From Nautiliaceae bacterium (GTDB lineage Bacteria > Campylobacterota > Campylobacteria > Campylobacterales > Nautiliaceae), in the NCBI GenBank assembly GCA_027036005.1, contig JALVTJ010000063.1, positions 878-64,877 on the forward strand: a stretch of 64,000 nt of DNA. The letters run 5' to 3'. The translations under genes were made by a program, and so were the position numbers. The first letter of the stretch is position 1. Each line of letters starts with the position of its first letter. The notes under the pieces were generated by a model. That model searched no databases. It had not been told where the DNA came from and was given only the letters and a program-made list of their open reading frames with translations. This document shows, piece after piece, positions 46,569 through 57,146 of the stretch.

Positions 46569-47187
46569 AAGACAAATTCAGCTAATAGGAAAAGAAAATC
46601 AGGATATTTTATCTAAAAAAAGTGTTTTGATTGTCGGATGCGGAGGACTTGGGAATTCTCTGGGTATGATATTAAGCTGTATAGGGCTTAAAAAAATTGT
46701 TTTAATTGATTTTGACGAAATAGAAATTCATAATCTCCACAGACAATTTATGTTCTCAAAAGATGATATAGGAAAAAACAAAGCCAAAATTTTAGCTAAA
46801 AAAATCAAAAGATGTGATAGCAAAATTGAATTTATCGCTAAAAAATTTGATGAAAATTTGGATATTGATGTTGATTTGGTTTTTGATGCAAGCGATAATT
46901 TTGATGCTCGCAAAAGAATAGACAAATTTGCAAAAAAACATAAAATCCCTTGGATTTATGCAAGTGTGGACGAGTTTGTCGGGCAGGTGGGAGTGTTTAA
47001 AAAAAGTTCGTTTGATTTATTTGCGCATAAAGAACAAAACACAAGGGGACAAATGCCTTCAATGGTAACTCTTGTGGCAAGTATTGAGGCAATGCTCGGG
47101 ATTAAAACTCTTATAAAAAAACAAGAGGAAATTTTATATTTTATTGATTTTACCAATGATTTGGAAATAAAAAAATTTAAACTCTAA
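46561..47187 (+). CDS. ThiF/MoeB/HesA-family E1-like adenylyltransferase
   Basis: GCGGLGN nucleotide motif. The ATG at 46561 (after an AGGGAG SD) is preferred over the TTG at 46540. Confidence 0.85.
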   Translation: MYRRQIQLIGKENQDILSKKSVLIVGCGGLGNSLGMILSCIGLKKIVLIDFDEIEIHNLHRQFMFSKDDIGKNKAKILAKKIKRCDSKIEFIAKKFDENLDIDVDLVFDASDNFDARKRIDKFAKKHKIPWIYASVDEFVGQVGVFKKSSFDLFAHKEQNTRGQMPSMVTLVASIEAMLGIKTLIKKQEEILYFIDFTNDLEIKKFKL

Positions 47188-47268
47188 AACCATTCGTTTA
47201 TTTTTTTTCTAAATAAAGGATCTGCTAAAAGCATAAAAATTATTATATTAATTGCAATTATATACGAA

Positions 47269-48054
47269 TCAAAATTTTCCATTTATAATATCTTTCATTT
47301 TTTTAACCGCTTCGAAAAGTCCTGTGAAAATAGCATTTGCTATAATAGAATGTCCGATATTTAGTTCGGTTATTTCGTTTATTTTTAATATTTCAATAAC
47401 ATTTTGATAATTTAGCCCGTGTCCTGCCGCAACTTCAAGTTCAATATCTTTTGCAAGTTTTGCCGCATCTTTTAAAAGGTTAAATTCTGTTTTTAATTCT
47501 TTTTTTAATGTCATTCTATTTATGTTTTTATATAATTTATTGGGCGTCAAATTGATGTTTGTATTAAGTGCCAAAAATATATTTGCATATTTCCCTGTGT
47601 GAAGTTCAATCATTTCGGCGTTTAATTCTTTTGATTTTTTAATCTGCTCGAAATCCGCATCGATAAACATAGAAACTTCTATATCGTTTGCATGTAGCTT
47701 TTCTATTGCTTTTTTTACTCTTTTTTCGTTTTTGATTACATCAAGTCCCCCCTCTGTTGTAACTTCTTCTCTTTTTTCTGGAACCAATGTTGCACGATGA
47801 GGTTTAAGAGAGCAGATTATATCAATAATTTCTTCATTGATGCTACATTCCATATTGACAGGTAAAAAAGAGCTTTCGATTATCCTTTTAGCATCAAAAT
47901 CGTTTATATGTCTTCTATCTTCTCTCAAATGCATTGTTACTTGATTGGCTCCGGCTTGTTTTAGTATTTCAAGAGCCATCAAAGGATCAGGTTCGTTTAT
48001 TTTCCTTGCATTTCTGATTGTAGCTATATGGTCTATATTTACCCCTAATTTCAT
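47269..48054 (-). CDS. pdxJ: pyridoxine 5'-phosphate synthase
   Basis: 261 aa. LGVNIDHIATIRNAR N-terminus, HLREDRRHI and GHGLNY motifs. Confidence 0.95.
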   Translation of the reverse strand: MKLGVNIDHIATIRNARKINEPDPLMALEILKQAGANQVTMHLREDRRHINDFDAKRIIESSFLPVNMECSINEEIIDIICSLKPHRATLVPEKREEVTTEGGLDVIKNEKRVKKAIEKLHANDIEVSMFIDADFEQIKKSKELNAEMIELHTGKYANIFLALNTNINLTPNKLYKNINRMTLKKELKTEFNLLKDAAKLAKDIELEVAAGHGLNYQNVIEILKINEITELNIGHSIIANAIFTGLFEAVKKMKDIINGKF

Positions 48055-48126
48055 TTTTAACCTTTTTTATGAAGATTATAGCAAATTAAAATGCTTTTTG
48101 TTATAATTCACTAAAAAAGGATTTTT

Positions 48127-48558
48127 ATGAAATATTTTATCGGAACCGATCATGCGGGTTTTTTGGTTAAGCCGTTTGTGATTGAATTTTTGGAAAAAAA
48201 AGGAATTGAAGTGGAAGATTTGGGAACTTATTCCACTGAGAGTGTCGATTATCCTGATTTTGCACATAAAGTTGCAAAAGCTGTGCTTGATAATGAAGGA
48301 AGCAAGGGAATATTAATTTGCGGAACAGGCATAGGGATGAGTTTGGCAGCAAATAAACATAAAGGAATTAGAGCGGCACTTTGTCATGACGCATATACCG
48401 CCGAAATGGCAAGAAGACACAATAATGCCAATATACTTTGTTTTGGAGAAAGAGTTGTAGGAAAAGGCGTTATCGAATCTATTCTAAATGCATGGCTAAA
48501 TGCGAAATTCGAAGGCGGAAGACATCAAAGAAGGGTAGAAAAAATTGATAATTTTTAA
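48127..48558 (+). CDS. rpiB: ribose-5-phosphate isomerase B
   Basis: 143 aa. ICGTGIGMS and RHQRRV motifs. Confidence 0.93.
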   Translation: MKYFIGTDHAGFLVKPFVIEFLEKKGIEVEDLGTYSTESVDYPDFAHKVAKAVLDNEGSKGILICGTGIGMSLAANKHKGIRAALCHDAYTAEMARRHNNANILCFGERVVGKGVIESILNAWLNAKFEGGRHQRRVEKIDNF

Positions 48559-48880
48559 TTGGATATTTTTAACTACTATTATTATAGTAATTTTAATATT
48601 AATTTTCAGAATGTATTATTATAAACATTTATATGAAAAAGTTTTTTCAGAAAAAACACAATTAAAAAACGCTTTAAAAGATGCAGAGTTACTCATAAAA
48701 AAATATCAAATACAATTGCAACGTTCTTTGGGAAATCTTGAAATGCTTGATAGCGAACTTGGTAAAATAAAAAACGATTTAAAAGCTATAAAAAATAGAA
48801 ATTCTCAACTTCGTGTCGAGAATGAACAATTGAAAAGAAGAATAAGAGAACTTGAAAATAAAATCGAAGCTTTACTTTAA
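48545..48880 (+). CDS. hypothetical membrane-anchored coiled-coil protein
   Basis: 111 aa. One N-terminal TM helix, then a heptad-rich Leu/Lys/Glu segment. TTG start overlaps the rpiB end. Confidence 0.5.
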   Translation: MIIFNWIFLTTIIIVILILIFRMYYYKHLYEKVFSEKTQLKNALKDAELLIKKYQIQLQRSLGNLEMLDSELGKIKNDLKAIKNRNSQLRVENEQLKRRIRELENKIEALL

Positions 48881-49389
48881 TTCTTTTTCGGTCTAAACGC
48901 ACTCGGGCTTTGAATATAATCTCCCCCGATTAAGTCTATTGCATAAGGAATAGCCGCCCATACGGCCTCTAAATTTTCTTTTATTGCTTTGGGAGAGCCG
49001 GGCAAATTTAATATAAATGTATTTTTAACCACTCCTGCTATTCCTCTAGCTAAGATTGAAGTTGGAACATATTTAAGTGAGTGCATTCTCATAAGTTCTC
49101 CAAATCCTGGAAGTTCTTTTTCTATTACTTTTCTTGTGGCCTCGGGAGTTACGTCTCTTTTGGTAGGTCCTGTTCCACCTGTTGTAAGAATTAAAGAGCA
49201 TTTTAGATTGACAAGTTCGTTTAATGTTGAAATGATTGTGTCAAAATCATCGGGAATTAATCTGTAAATTGTTTCAAATTCATTAGTTATATTTTCATTT
49301 AAAAATTTTTCTATTTCTTTTCCGCTTTTATCTTCATAAATTCCTTTACTAGCTCTGTCGCTCATTGTAATAATACCGATTTTTACCAT
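48877..49389 (-). CDS. mog: molybdopterin adenylyltransferase MogA/MoaB family
   Basis: 170 aa with TTGGTGPTKRD and LPGSP motifs. Confidence 0.88.
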   Translation of the reverse strand: MVKIGIITMSDRASKGIYEDKSGKEIEKFLNENITNEFETIYRLIPDDFDTIISTLNELVNLKCSLILTTGGTGPTKRDVTPEATRKVIEKELPGFGELMRMHSLKYVPTSILARGIAGVVKNTFILNLPGSPKAIKENLEAVWAAIPYAIDLIGGDYIQSPSAFRPKKN

Positions 49390-49422
49390 TATTTACCTTT
49401 TTTATAAAAAAGAAAAAGAGGA

Positions 49423-50736
49423 TTATTCAGCGTCGTAATCGATGCCTTCTTTTTCTTTAAGCATTTTAATTAGATGCTCTTTATATCCTTGAATCCATTT
49501 ATCAACATCATCTACTTTAATTCTTGCTACACCACTCTCAATTGCAGCTCTTGCAACTGCTACTGATTCATCGACAAATACTCTTCTATCAAACGGTTTT
49601 GGAAGAATATATTTAGGTCCGAATTCAAGATTTTCTCCTGCGTATGCGTCTTTTACATATTGAGGGACTTTCTTTTTGGCTAAATTGGCTAATGCATGAC
49701 AAGCCGCTATTTTCATTTCCATATTAACCGCTTTTGCGTGAGTATCAAGAGCACCTCTGAAAATAAAAGGGAATCCCAAAACATTGTTGATTTGGTTAGG
49801 ATAATCGCTTCTTCCGGTTCCTATTATTAAATCGTCTCTAACTTCAAGAGCTAATTCAGGTTTAATCTCAGGGTCAGGATTTGCCATAACAAAAAGCATA
49901 GCATTAGGCGCAAGTGTTTTAACCATATCCTGAGTTATACAATTTGCAACGGAGTTTCCTACAACAACATCCGCACCTTTAAGTGCATCTGCTAATGTTA
50001 CAATATCTTCATCAACAGCCCAAGGTTGTTTATATTTGTTTAAATCTGTTCTTTTTGTTGTAATTGCACCCTTTGAATCAGTTATAATCATATGTTTAAT
50101 TCCGAGTGCTTTATACATTTCAGCAGCTGCCAATCCCGCTGCACCTGCTCCAATTACTACAACTTTAATTTCGTCAAGTTTTTTACCTGTAAGTTCGCAT
50201 CCGTTTATAATTGCTGCTGCTGAGATAATTGCGGTTCCGTGTTGGTCATCGTGGAAAATTGGAATATCGCATTTTTCTTGGGAGAGTTTTTCTATATCAA
50301 AGCATTTTGGAGCTTTAATATCTTCAAGGTTAATTCCACCAAAAGTCGGAGAAATTGCTTCTACCACATTTACAATTTCATCGATTTCGTGAACTTTAAG
50401 TTCAATATCAAAAGCATCAATAAAAGCAAATTTTTTAAATAATACGGATTTTCCTTCCATTACAGGTTTTCCGGCAACAGGTTTGAGTGTTCCAAGTCCT
50501 AAAACAGCTGTTGAATCACTGACAACGGCAACAAGATTTGCTTTGTTTGTATATTCGTATGCAAGATTTTCGTCTTTGTCTATTTCAAGACAAGGAATTG
50601 CAACTCCCGGTGAATAAGCGATTGATAAATCTTTTGAATTTCTAACCGGTTTTGTTACTTCAATTGCAATTTTTCCGGGAACGGGTTTTGCATGATATTC
50701 TAGAGCTTCTTCTTTTGTAAAGACTGGTTTTGACAT
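49423..50736 (-). CDS. NAD(P)-dependent malic enzyme (short form, no PTA-like domain)
   Basis: 437 aa. [19 protein letters not shown] and GAGAAG motifs. Confidence 0.92.
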   Translation of the reverse strand: MSKPVFTKEEALEYHAKPVPGKIAIEVTKPVRNSKDLSIAYSPGVAIPCLEIDKDENLAYEYTNKANLVAVVSDSTAVLGLGTLKPVAGKPVMEGKSVLFKKFAFIDAFDIELKVHEIDEIVNVVEAISPTFGGINLEDIKAPKCFDIEKLSQEKCDIPIFHDDQHGTAIISAAAIINGCELTGKKLDEIKVVVIGAGAAGLAAAEMYKALGIKHMIITDSKGAITTKRTDLNKYKQPWAVDEDIVTLADALKGADVVVGNSVANCITQDMVKTLAPNAMLFVMANPDPEIKPELALEVRDDLIIGTGRSDYPNQINNVLGFPFIFRGALDTHAKAVNMEMKIAACHALANLAKKKVPQYVKDAYAGENLEFGPKYILPKPFDRRVFVDESVAVARAAIESGVARIKVDDVDKWIQGYKEHLIKMLKEKEGIDYDAE

Positions 50737-50890
50737 TATATCTCCTTAATTGTTTTTGAATATTATAATAAAAGTTACTAAACTTTACAATCAAATAGCC
50801 TTTTTTATTTAAAAATGTTACAAAAAGTAATTATTACAAATAGAAAATAAAGAATAGGGAAAGGAAATTTAGATTTTTTATTTTTAATGA

Positions 50891-50903
50891 TTTTTGATAA
50901 AAT
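50891..50903 (+). promoter_or_regulatory. candidate extended -10 promoter TTTTTGATAAAAT (tatD)
   Basis: Exact recurring 13-mer. AAAAGG and the TTG start at 50924 follow. Confidence 0.45.
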
Positions 50904-50923
50904 TGCTTTAAAAAGGCATATAT

Positions 50924-51673
50924 TTGATTATAGATACTCATACGCATTTGGATAACGAAAAGTTTATAGATGATGTTCAGAATGTAATAAAAAGGGCAAA
51001 AGAGGCAGGAGTTGGAAAATTCATAATTCCTGCGGCTAATCCGAAGGATTTGCAAAGAGCAATTGAACTTGCCGAAAAATACGGAGATGTCTATTTTGGA
51101 GTAGGTGTTCATCCCGTTGATATAGACAAATATAATGATAATTTGCTATTAAAAAATATAAATCATCCTAAATGTGTGGCAGTTGGAGAAATAGGTCTTG
51201 ATTATTATTGGGTAAAAGATGAAAATCAAAGAAAAAAACAGCAGGAATTGTTTATAAGACAAATAGAAATAGCAAAAGAATTTCAAAAACCAATAATCAT
51301 ACATGTCAGAGAAGCTACAAAAGACACTTACGAGATAATTAAAAAATTTGATAAAATTAAAGGTGTGTTTCATTGTTTCAATGCATCTGAACAACTTTTG
51401 GAGCTCAGTAAAAATTTTTATTACGGAATTGGCGGGGTCATTACCTTTAAAAATGCAAAAAAACTTGTTAATATTTTCCCTAAAATTCCTAAAAACAGAA
51501 TATTAATAGAAACTGATGCGCCTTATCTTACTCCTCATCCGTTTAGAGGAAAAAGAAACGAGCCTTTTTATACAACGCTTGTTCGTGATAAAATTGCTGG
51601 GCTTTGGGGTATTGATAAAAAAGAAGTTGAAAATATAACAACCGAAAATGCAAAAAGGCTTTTTGAAATATGA
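50924..51673 (+). CDS. tatD: TatD-family metal-dependent hydrolase
   Basis: IDTHTHLD N-terminus, GEIGLDY, HVREA, HCF and ETDAPYL motifs. TTG start. Confidence 0.9.
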   Translation: MIIDTHTHLDNEKFIDDVQNVIKRAKEAGVGKFIIPAANPKDLQRAIELAEKYGDVYFGVGVHPVDIDKYNDNLLLKNINHPKCVAVGEIGLDYYWVKDENQRKKQQELFIRQIEIAKEFQKPIIIHVREATKDTYEIIKKFDKIKGVFHCFNASEQLLELSKNFYYGIGGVITFKNAKKLVNIFPKIPKNRILIETDAPYLTPHPFRGKRNEPFYTTLVRDKIAGLWGIDKKEVENITTENAKRLFEI

Positions 51674-53010
51674 AAAAACTTGTAATTTTTTTAATTGTTT
51701 TTAAAGTAGTGTTTGCCGATATAACAGAAAATAGTAATATTAATGTTTTAAAAGCTTTGAATATAAAAACCGACTTTATTGAAAATAGAAACTTAAAAAG
51801 AGCGTATAAATATTATTTAAGACATAAAAACAGATATTTTATAAATTCTCTTGAAAACGGGTTGGATATTTACCCTATTATAAAATTTGAAATTCAAAAG
51901 TCAAACTTGCCAAAAGAGCTTATTTCGGTCGTAATGGCTGAAAGTTTGATGAATGTTGACGCAAGATCTGATAAAAGGGCGGTTGGTCTTTGGCAGTTTA
52001 TTCCTTCTACCGCAAAAATTTACGGATTGAAAATAGATAATTATGTAGATGAAAGAAGAGATCCTGTAAAATCAACTCAGGCTGCTATTAAATATTTGGA
52101 TAATTTACATAAATTTTTTGGAAAATGGTATCTTGCCATAATGGCTTATAATGCCGGGGAAGCTAGAATAATAGAAGGAATTGTAAGAGTAAAAGTCGAT
52201 AAAATATGTAAAAAACTTGGCAAAAAGTGTATATATAATTCAAAAATCAGAAAGTATAGAAGAATAATTTGGGAATATCAACATTATGGTAGAAGAAAAT
52301 TTGCTAATTTATATTGGTTATATGAAAAATTAAAGAATGTAAATATTACTTTAAGTGATTTACTTAGGTATCAAAGAGGTATTAAAAGACAATATATTCC
52401 AAAAGAAACAAGAAATTATATTTTAAAAATATTGGCAATAAGTTTTCTTTTTAATAACCAAAAATTAATGCAATTTTCTCAAAAACAATTACTAAAAGCT
52501 ATAACTAAACCTACTTATATTAGTGTAAAAGTGCCACCCGGAACGTCTCTTTATTATGTTTCTAAAATTTTAGGAATTAAATATTCCATTTTAAGAGAAC
52601 ATAATATGCAATTAAAATATTCTTTTACACCGCCTTATAATTATTATATTAATATTCCTGCAAATAAATCGGTTTTGTTTTATGCAAGATTTAATCCTAA
52701 AAACAGAAAATACGTATATATTTACAAAGTAAAAAAAGGTGATACATTAAGAGAGATTGCAAAAAGATTTGATGTAAAATTGCAAATTTTATATGCATAT
52801 AATAAATTCGGCAAATATCTTCATATTGGTGAAAAAATTTTTATTCCTATGAGTACCAAATTTATAACTTATAAAGTAAAAAAAGGAGATACGTTAAGAG
52901 AAATAGCAAAAAAATACGGAATCGATTATAAAAAAATAATGCAGGTTAATGCACTTAACTCATCGTTTATAAAAATAGGGCAAATATTGAAAATTCCTCA
53001 AAGGTTATAA
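51670..53010 (+). CDS. membrane-bound lytic murein transglycosylase (SLT domain plus two LysM), MltD-like
   Basis: ES..N..A.S...AVGLWQF and AYNAGE motifs. Two LysM repeats both begin [14 protein letters not shown]. Confidence 0.85.
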   Translation: MKKLVIFLIVFKVVFADITENSNINVLKALNIKTDFIENRNLKRAYKYYLRHKNRYFINSLENGLDIYPIIKFEIQKSNLPKELISVVMAESLMNVDARSDKRAVGLWQFIPSTAKIYGLKIDNYVDERRDPVKSTQAAIKYLDNLHKFFGKWYLAIMAYNAGEARIIEGIVRVKVDKICKKLGKKCIYNSKIRKYRRIIWEYQHYGRRKFANLYWLYEKLKNVNITLSDLLRYQRGIKRQYIPKETRNYILKILAISFLFNNQKLMQFSQKQLLKAITKPTYISVKVPPGTSLYYVSKILGIKYSILREHNMQLKYSFTPPYNYYINIPANKSVLFYARFNPKNRKYVYIYKVKKGDTLREIAKRFDVKLQILYAYNKFGKYLHIGEKIFIPMSTKFITYKVKKGDTLREIAKKYGIDYKKIMQVNALNSSFIKIGQILKIPQRL

Positions 53011-53697
53011 GTGAAGAAAATTTTCGGGTTAGTTTTTTTGATTATATTATTTACCGGATGTGCCGAGCGGTATCAAACATATGAAAGTTATGTTTTGCCT
53101 TCAAATATTAAAAGTCCCACTAAAAAACCTTATGTAGTTAACGGAAACGTTTATTATCCTTTGCATAAAGTTCCTTTGGGTTGGAGCGAGGAGGGTATTG
53201 CAAGCTGGTATGGACCAAATTTTAACGGGCAGAGAACAAGTGACGGTGAAATATACAATATGTATGATTATACGGCTGCTCATAAAATACTTCCAATGAA
53301 TACGATTGTCAAAGTTACTAATTTAAATAATGGAAAAAGTGTTATCGTTCGGATTAATGACAGAGGCCCTTTTGTAAAAAACCGAATAATTGATTTAAGT
53401 TATGCCGCAGCAAAAAAAATTGGTCTTGATGTTACGGGCACGGCACCGGTTAAAATAAAAGTAATCAGATTCGAAGGAAAAGATTATGTGAGCGGATATA
53501 TGATTCAAGTTGGAGCTTTTATATATCCGAAAGGTGCTCAAATAACAGCCAAAAAATATGAAAAATTAGGTTATAATACGAAGATTAAGAAAATAAATCG
53601 ATTTTATAAAGTATTTATTACCGGATTTAATTCGTATAATGAAGCGAAAAAATTTAAGTTAAATAACAATATTAACGGATTTATAGTTGCCGAATAA
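53011..53697 (+). CDS. rlpA: septal ring lytic transglycosylase RlpA (DPBB plus SPOR)
   Basis: Lipobox FTGC. GIASWYG...G..T..GE.Y....TAAH and INDRGPF motifs, plus a C-terminal SPOR-like domain. GTG start. Confidence 0.9.
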   Translation: MKKIFGLVFLIILFTGCAERYQTYESYVLPSNIKSPTKKPYVVNGNVYYPLHKVPLGWSEEGIASWYGPNFNGQRTSDGEIYNMYDYTAAHKILPMNTIVKVTNLNNGKSVIVRINDRGPFVKNRIIDLSYAAAKKIGLDVTGTAPVKIKVIRFEGKDYVSGYMIQVGAFIYPKGAQITAKKYEKLGYNTKIKKINRFYKVFITGFNSYNEAKKFKLNNNINGFIVAE

Positions 53698-53715
53698 AAT
53701 TAAACGGAGAATAAA

Positions 53716-54288
53716 ATGACAGAACTTGAAAGAAAAACAAAAGAAACACAAATTAAAATAAAAGTAGATATAAACGGAAAAATAGAAAATAAAATAAATA
53801 CAAACATAGGTTTTTTTGATCATATGCTTGAAACGTTAGCTAAACATAGTGGAATTTCAATGCAAATTGAATGTAGAGGAGATATTCATATTGATTATCA
53901 TCACAGTGTTGAGGATGTTGGAATTGTTTTGGGGCAGGCATTATATAAAGAAGTGTTTCCGGTTAAAAATATAGAAAGATTTGCCAATGCTGTTGCTATT
54001 TTGGATGAGGCGGCTGTTGAAGTTGATTTAGATATTGGCGGAAGGTCTTATTTAATATATCAGATACCAATTGAGGGGAGAATAAAAGATTTTGATATGG
54101 AGCTTGTAGAAGAGTTTTTTAAATCGTTAGTTTTTAATTTTAAAGTAGCAGCACATATAATTTATAAAAGAGGAAATAACAAACACCATATAATAGAAAG
54201 TGCGTTTAAATCTTTCGCAGTAGCTTTAAGAAGAGCATTGGCTTATCGTGAAGGCGGTGGTATCCCCTCCACAAAGGGAGTGCTATAA
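53716..54288 (+). CDS. hisB: imidazoleglycerol-phosphate dehydratase
   Basis: 190 aa. RKTKET, FFDHML, HH..ED and HHIIES motifs. Confidence 0.95.
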   Translation: MTELERKTKETQIKIKVDINGKIENKINTNIGFFDHMLETLAKHSGISMQIECRGDIHIDYHHSVEDVGIVLGQALYKEVFPVKNIERFANAVAILDEAAVEVDLDIGGRSYLIYQIPIEGRIKDFDMELVEEFFKSLVFNFKVAAHIIYKRGNNKHHIIESAFKSFAVALRRALAYREGGGIPSTKGVL

Positions 54289-54310
54289 AGAATAAGAATA
54301 AAGGTGAAAA

Positions 54311-54808
54311 ATGATTGAGCTAATTGTTTTGGATGTAGACGGGACATTGACGGATGGAAAAATATTTTATACGGAAAACGAAGATGAAATAAAAGCTTTT
54401 AATATAAAAGACGGGCTGATGGTTGCTTCATGGAACAGGCTTGGTAAAAAAAGTGCAATAATTACTGGTAGAGTTTCTAAAATTGTACAAAGAAGAGCTA
54501 ATGAGCTTGGAGTTACATATGTAATTCAAGGTGAAAGGAATAAATCAAAAGCTTTAAAAGATATATCTCAAAAAGAAAATTTAGAATTTTCTCAAATAGC
54601 TGTGATTGGAGATGATTTAAATGATTTATCAATGATGAAATTGGTAAATAAAACATTTGCTCCTGTGGATGCAAATCCTTATATTTATGATTTTGTATCA
54701 AATCCTTTAACTAAAAAAGGGGGAGAAGGTGCAGTTGCCGAAATGATAGAGATTATTTTAAAAGAAGAAAATTTATATGATAAGTTTTTGAAGTTATGGG
54801 TAGAATAA
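54311..54808 (+). CDS. kdsC: 3-deoxy-D-manno-octulosonate 8-phosphate phosphatase
   Basis: HAD motif LDVDGTLTDG and GDDLND. 165 aa. Confidence 0.9.
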   Translation: MIELIVLDVDGTLTDGKIFYTENEDEIKAFNIKDGLMVASWNRLGKKSAIITGRVSKIVQRRANELGVTYVIQGERNKSKALKDISQKENLEFSQIAVIGDDLNDLSMMKLVNKTFAPVDANPYIYDFVSNPLTKKGGEGAVAEMIEIILKEENLYDKFLKLWVE

Positions 54809-55296
54809 CTATTTTTTTTATAATTGTAGGTTTGATAATGGTATATCCCGTTTATGTTTTAATGAATCAAAAAGTTATAAAATATTCTAAAATTAATAAA
54901 AATATAAGCTTATTTACCATTTATAATGGAATTTTTAATAAATATGATATCAATTTATCAAAAAAAGGAACATTTTCAAGATTGGATATTTACAAAAATT
55001 ATTATTTGGCTAATGAATTAAATATTACGAATATTATTAAAAATGAAAATTATTTTGCAAAAAAAGCCAAATATCAAAAGCCTTTTTTATATGCCGATTT
55101 TTTTATTTACAAAAACAGCGATTATATTTTAAAAACAATTAAAGCCAGGTATAATTTCAATACCAAAATATTTGAGGGTAAAAAATTTAATTTGATAGGA
55201 AAAACTTATAAAGCAAAAGGAAAAAGCTTTATAATATATAAAAATAAAAATATAAAAGCTAAGTATCCTATATTTGATTTAAAGGTAAAAGAATGA
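54796..55296 (+). CDS. lptC: membrane-anchored protein in the LptC position
   Basis: 166 aa with one N-terminal TM segment. Lies between kdsC and an LptA-like gene. Call rests on synteny. Confidence 0.5.
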   Translation: MGRITIFFIIVGLIMVYPVYVLMNQKVIKYSKINKNISLFTIYNGIFNKYDINLSKKGTFSRLDIYKNYYLANELNITNIIKNENYFAKKAKYQKPFLYADFFIYKNSDYILKTIKARYNFNTKIFEGKKFNLIGKTYKAKGKSFIIYKNKNIKAKYPIFDLKVKE

Positions 55297-55742
55297 AAAA
55301 ATTTATAATATTACTTATTGCAATTTTCTTATCGGCAGAGGATTTGCATATAATAAGCAAACAGTTTTTTTATGATTCTAAAACAAAAATAAGCACTTTT
55401 ATAGGAGATGTTAACGCTACAAAGGGGAAAGATAATGTTTTAAGCAATAAAATGAAAATATATTTTGATAAAAATAAAAAACCTATAAAATATATAGCTA
55501 CTGGCAAAGTTAAATTCATTCTTTCTCTTGATAAAAATTCTACATATAAGGGACATTGTAATAAACTTATTTATAATTTTAAGACGTATAATATTTTTTT
55601 GATCGGAAATGCTTATATAAAAAAATTAGAAACAAACGAAAGTGTAAGCGGAAGTTTTATAAAAATAAACAGGAAAACAAAAGATGTTGAAGTAAGAGGT
55701 GGAAATAAGCCGGCTAATATTATTATTAAGGTAAATGAATGA
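55293..55742 (+). CDS. lptA: LPS transport periplasmic protein LptA (OstA-like)
   Basis: 149 aa. Signal peptide, OstA-like beta-jellyroll pattern (F.GDVNATKG...L..KM.IY). Sits downstream of the lptC-like gene. Confidence 0.7.
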   Translation: MKKFIILLIAIFLSAEDLHIISKQFFYDSKTKISTFIGDVNATKGKDNVLSNKMKIYFDKNKKPIKYIATGKVKFILSLDKNSTYKGHCNKLIYNFKTYNIFLIGNAYIKKLETNESVSGSFIKINRKTKDVEVRGGNKPANIIIKVNE

Positions 55743-56311
55743 AAATAAAATTTATTAAATCCGCACCTTCTATTAAAGAAGCAATAGAACCTAATTTAAC
55801 AGAAATTGCACTTCTTGGCAGAAGTAATGTGGGTAAAAGCAGTTTTTTAAATGCCTTTGCAAATCAAAAAATAGCAAAAACATCCCAGACGCCAGGTAAA
55901 ACAAGACTTATAAATTTTTTTGAGGTGGAAGATAATAATAAAAGATATATATTGGTGGATCTTCCCGGATTTGGATATGCGAAAGTTTCAAAATCCATTA
56001 AAAAAGAATGGGGAAAACATCTTGATGAATTTTTGAAAAATCGTTTTAATATCAAACTTTTTATTCATTTAAGAGATGCAAGACATCCAAATTTGGAAAT
56101 TGATAAAAATGTGGATGAATATTTAAAAAGCTTTTTACGTTCAGATCAGCAAATTTTAACCGTTTTTACAAAAATAGATAAATTAAAACAAAGCGAACTT
56201 GCTGCACTTAAAAAAAAATATCCTGATACTTTAATGGTTTCTAATATAAAAAAAAGAGGTTTTGATAGTGTGAAAAATAAAATTAATGAAATTTTGTGGG
56301 GTGAAAAATGA
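55739..56311 (+). CDS. engB: ribosome biogenesis GTPase YsxC/EngB
   Basis: GRSNVGKSS, DLPGFGYA and TKIDK motifs. 190 aa. Confidence 0.92.
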   Translation: MKIKFIKSAPSIKEAIEPNLTEIALLGRSNVGKSSFLNAFANQKIAKTSQTPGKTRLINFFEVEDNNKRYILVDLPGFGYAKVSKSIKKEWGKHLDEFLKNRFNIKLFIHLRDARHPNLEIDKNVDEYLKSFLRSDQQILTVFTKIDKLKQSELAALKKKYPDTLMVSNIKKRGFDSVKNKINEILWGEK

Positions 56312-56763
56312 AAATTGTAAATCCAACCTTGGAAAATATAATTGATATTCAAAGTATATTAAAACCGTATGTTGATGAAGGAATTATTCTTTATCGGGAT
56401 GAAGATGAAATTGCCACTAATATACGTTCTTACAAAATGATATATGACGAAAATATTCCGGTGGGGATTGGTGCATTACATATTTATTCTCATTTTTTAG
56501 GAGAAATAAGATCTTTGGCTGTTTCTAAGAACTATCAGGGTAAAGGAATAGGAAAGCAATTGGTAAATGCTTTTTTAGAGGATGCTAAAACTCTCGGTTT
56601 AAAAGATGTTTTGGTTTTAACATATAAAAAAGAGTTTTTTGAAAAGCTTGGATTTAGAGAAATTTCAAAAGAATCGATACCTGAAAAAAAGATATGGGCG
56701 GATTGTATAAAATGCAAATTTTTTCCAAATTGCAACGAAACAGCACTTATTATATCTCTATAA
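56308..56763 (+). CDS. GNAT-family N-acetyltransferase (ArgA-like short form)
   Basis: 151 aa. Acetyl-CoA motif LAVSKNYQGKGIGKQL. Confidence 0.85.
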   Translation: MKIVNPTLENIIDIQSILKPYVDEGIILYRDEDEIATNIRSYKMIYDENIPVGIGALHIYSHFLGEIRSLAVSKNYQGKGIGKQLVNAFLEDAKTLGLKDVLVLTYKKEFFEKLGFREISKESIPEKKIWADCIKCKFFPNCNETALIISL

Positions 56764-57146
56764 TATTTATTGTTATTTTTATAAATATTTTGAATTCTTC
56801 TTTTGCGTTTTTCCCCTTGTTTTTGGGATTTTTTATTTTTTGTGCAGATTATTTTACTGGATTGATATTTATTATTTTAATTTCTATTTTGCATTTTTAT
56901 AATATATTGTTGTTTTTTATTTTTTATATTATATATAAATTTTTTTTAATGAAAAAAATTTATGAATATATCGACAGGCAATATTTTGATGTTGTAAATC
57001 TGTTTATTATTTATTTGTTTTTATTTTTGTATTTATTAACAATTACAACTCTTAATTTTGACTTTATTTATATAATATATAATTTTGCATTTGATTTATT
57101 AATTATTAGGATTACTAAGTGCGAACCAAGATTATATTATTTTTAA
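56712..57146 (+). CDS. small polytopic membrane protein, possibly MreD
   Basis: About 145 aa and highly hydrophobic. Immediately upstream of and overlapping mrdA. Start is uncertain and there is no motif support. Confidence 0.4.
   Translation: MQIFSKLQRNSTYYISIIFIVIFINILNSSFAFFPLFLGFFIFCADYFTGLIFIILISILHFYNILLFFIFYIIYKFFLMKKIYEYIDRQYFDVVNLFIIYLFLFLYLLTITTLNFDFIYIIYNFAFDLLIIRITKCEPRLYYF

Noticed and set aside
47188-47268. Small hydrophobic ORF on the minus strand (…YIIAINIIIFMLLADPLFRKKINEWF) and the 12-bp palindrome TAATTGCAATTA in the convergent moeB-like/pdxJ gap.
   Set aside because: The only ATG gives a 16-aa peptide with no SD, and a longer version needs a non-canonical start. The palindrome is short and AT-rich. 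Evidence is insufficient.
49390-49422. Possible terminator between the malic enzyme and mog genes.
   Set aside because: The stem would be almost pure A:T (CTTTTTT/AAAAAAG) and the gap is only 33 nt. More likely the genes are co-transcribed.
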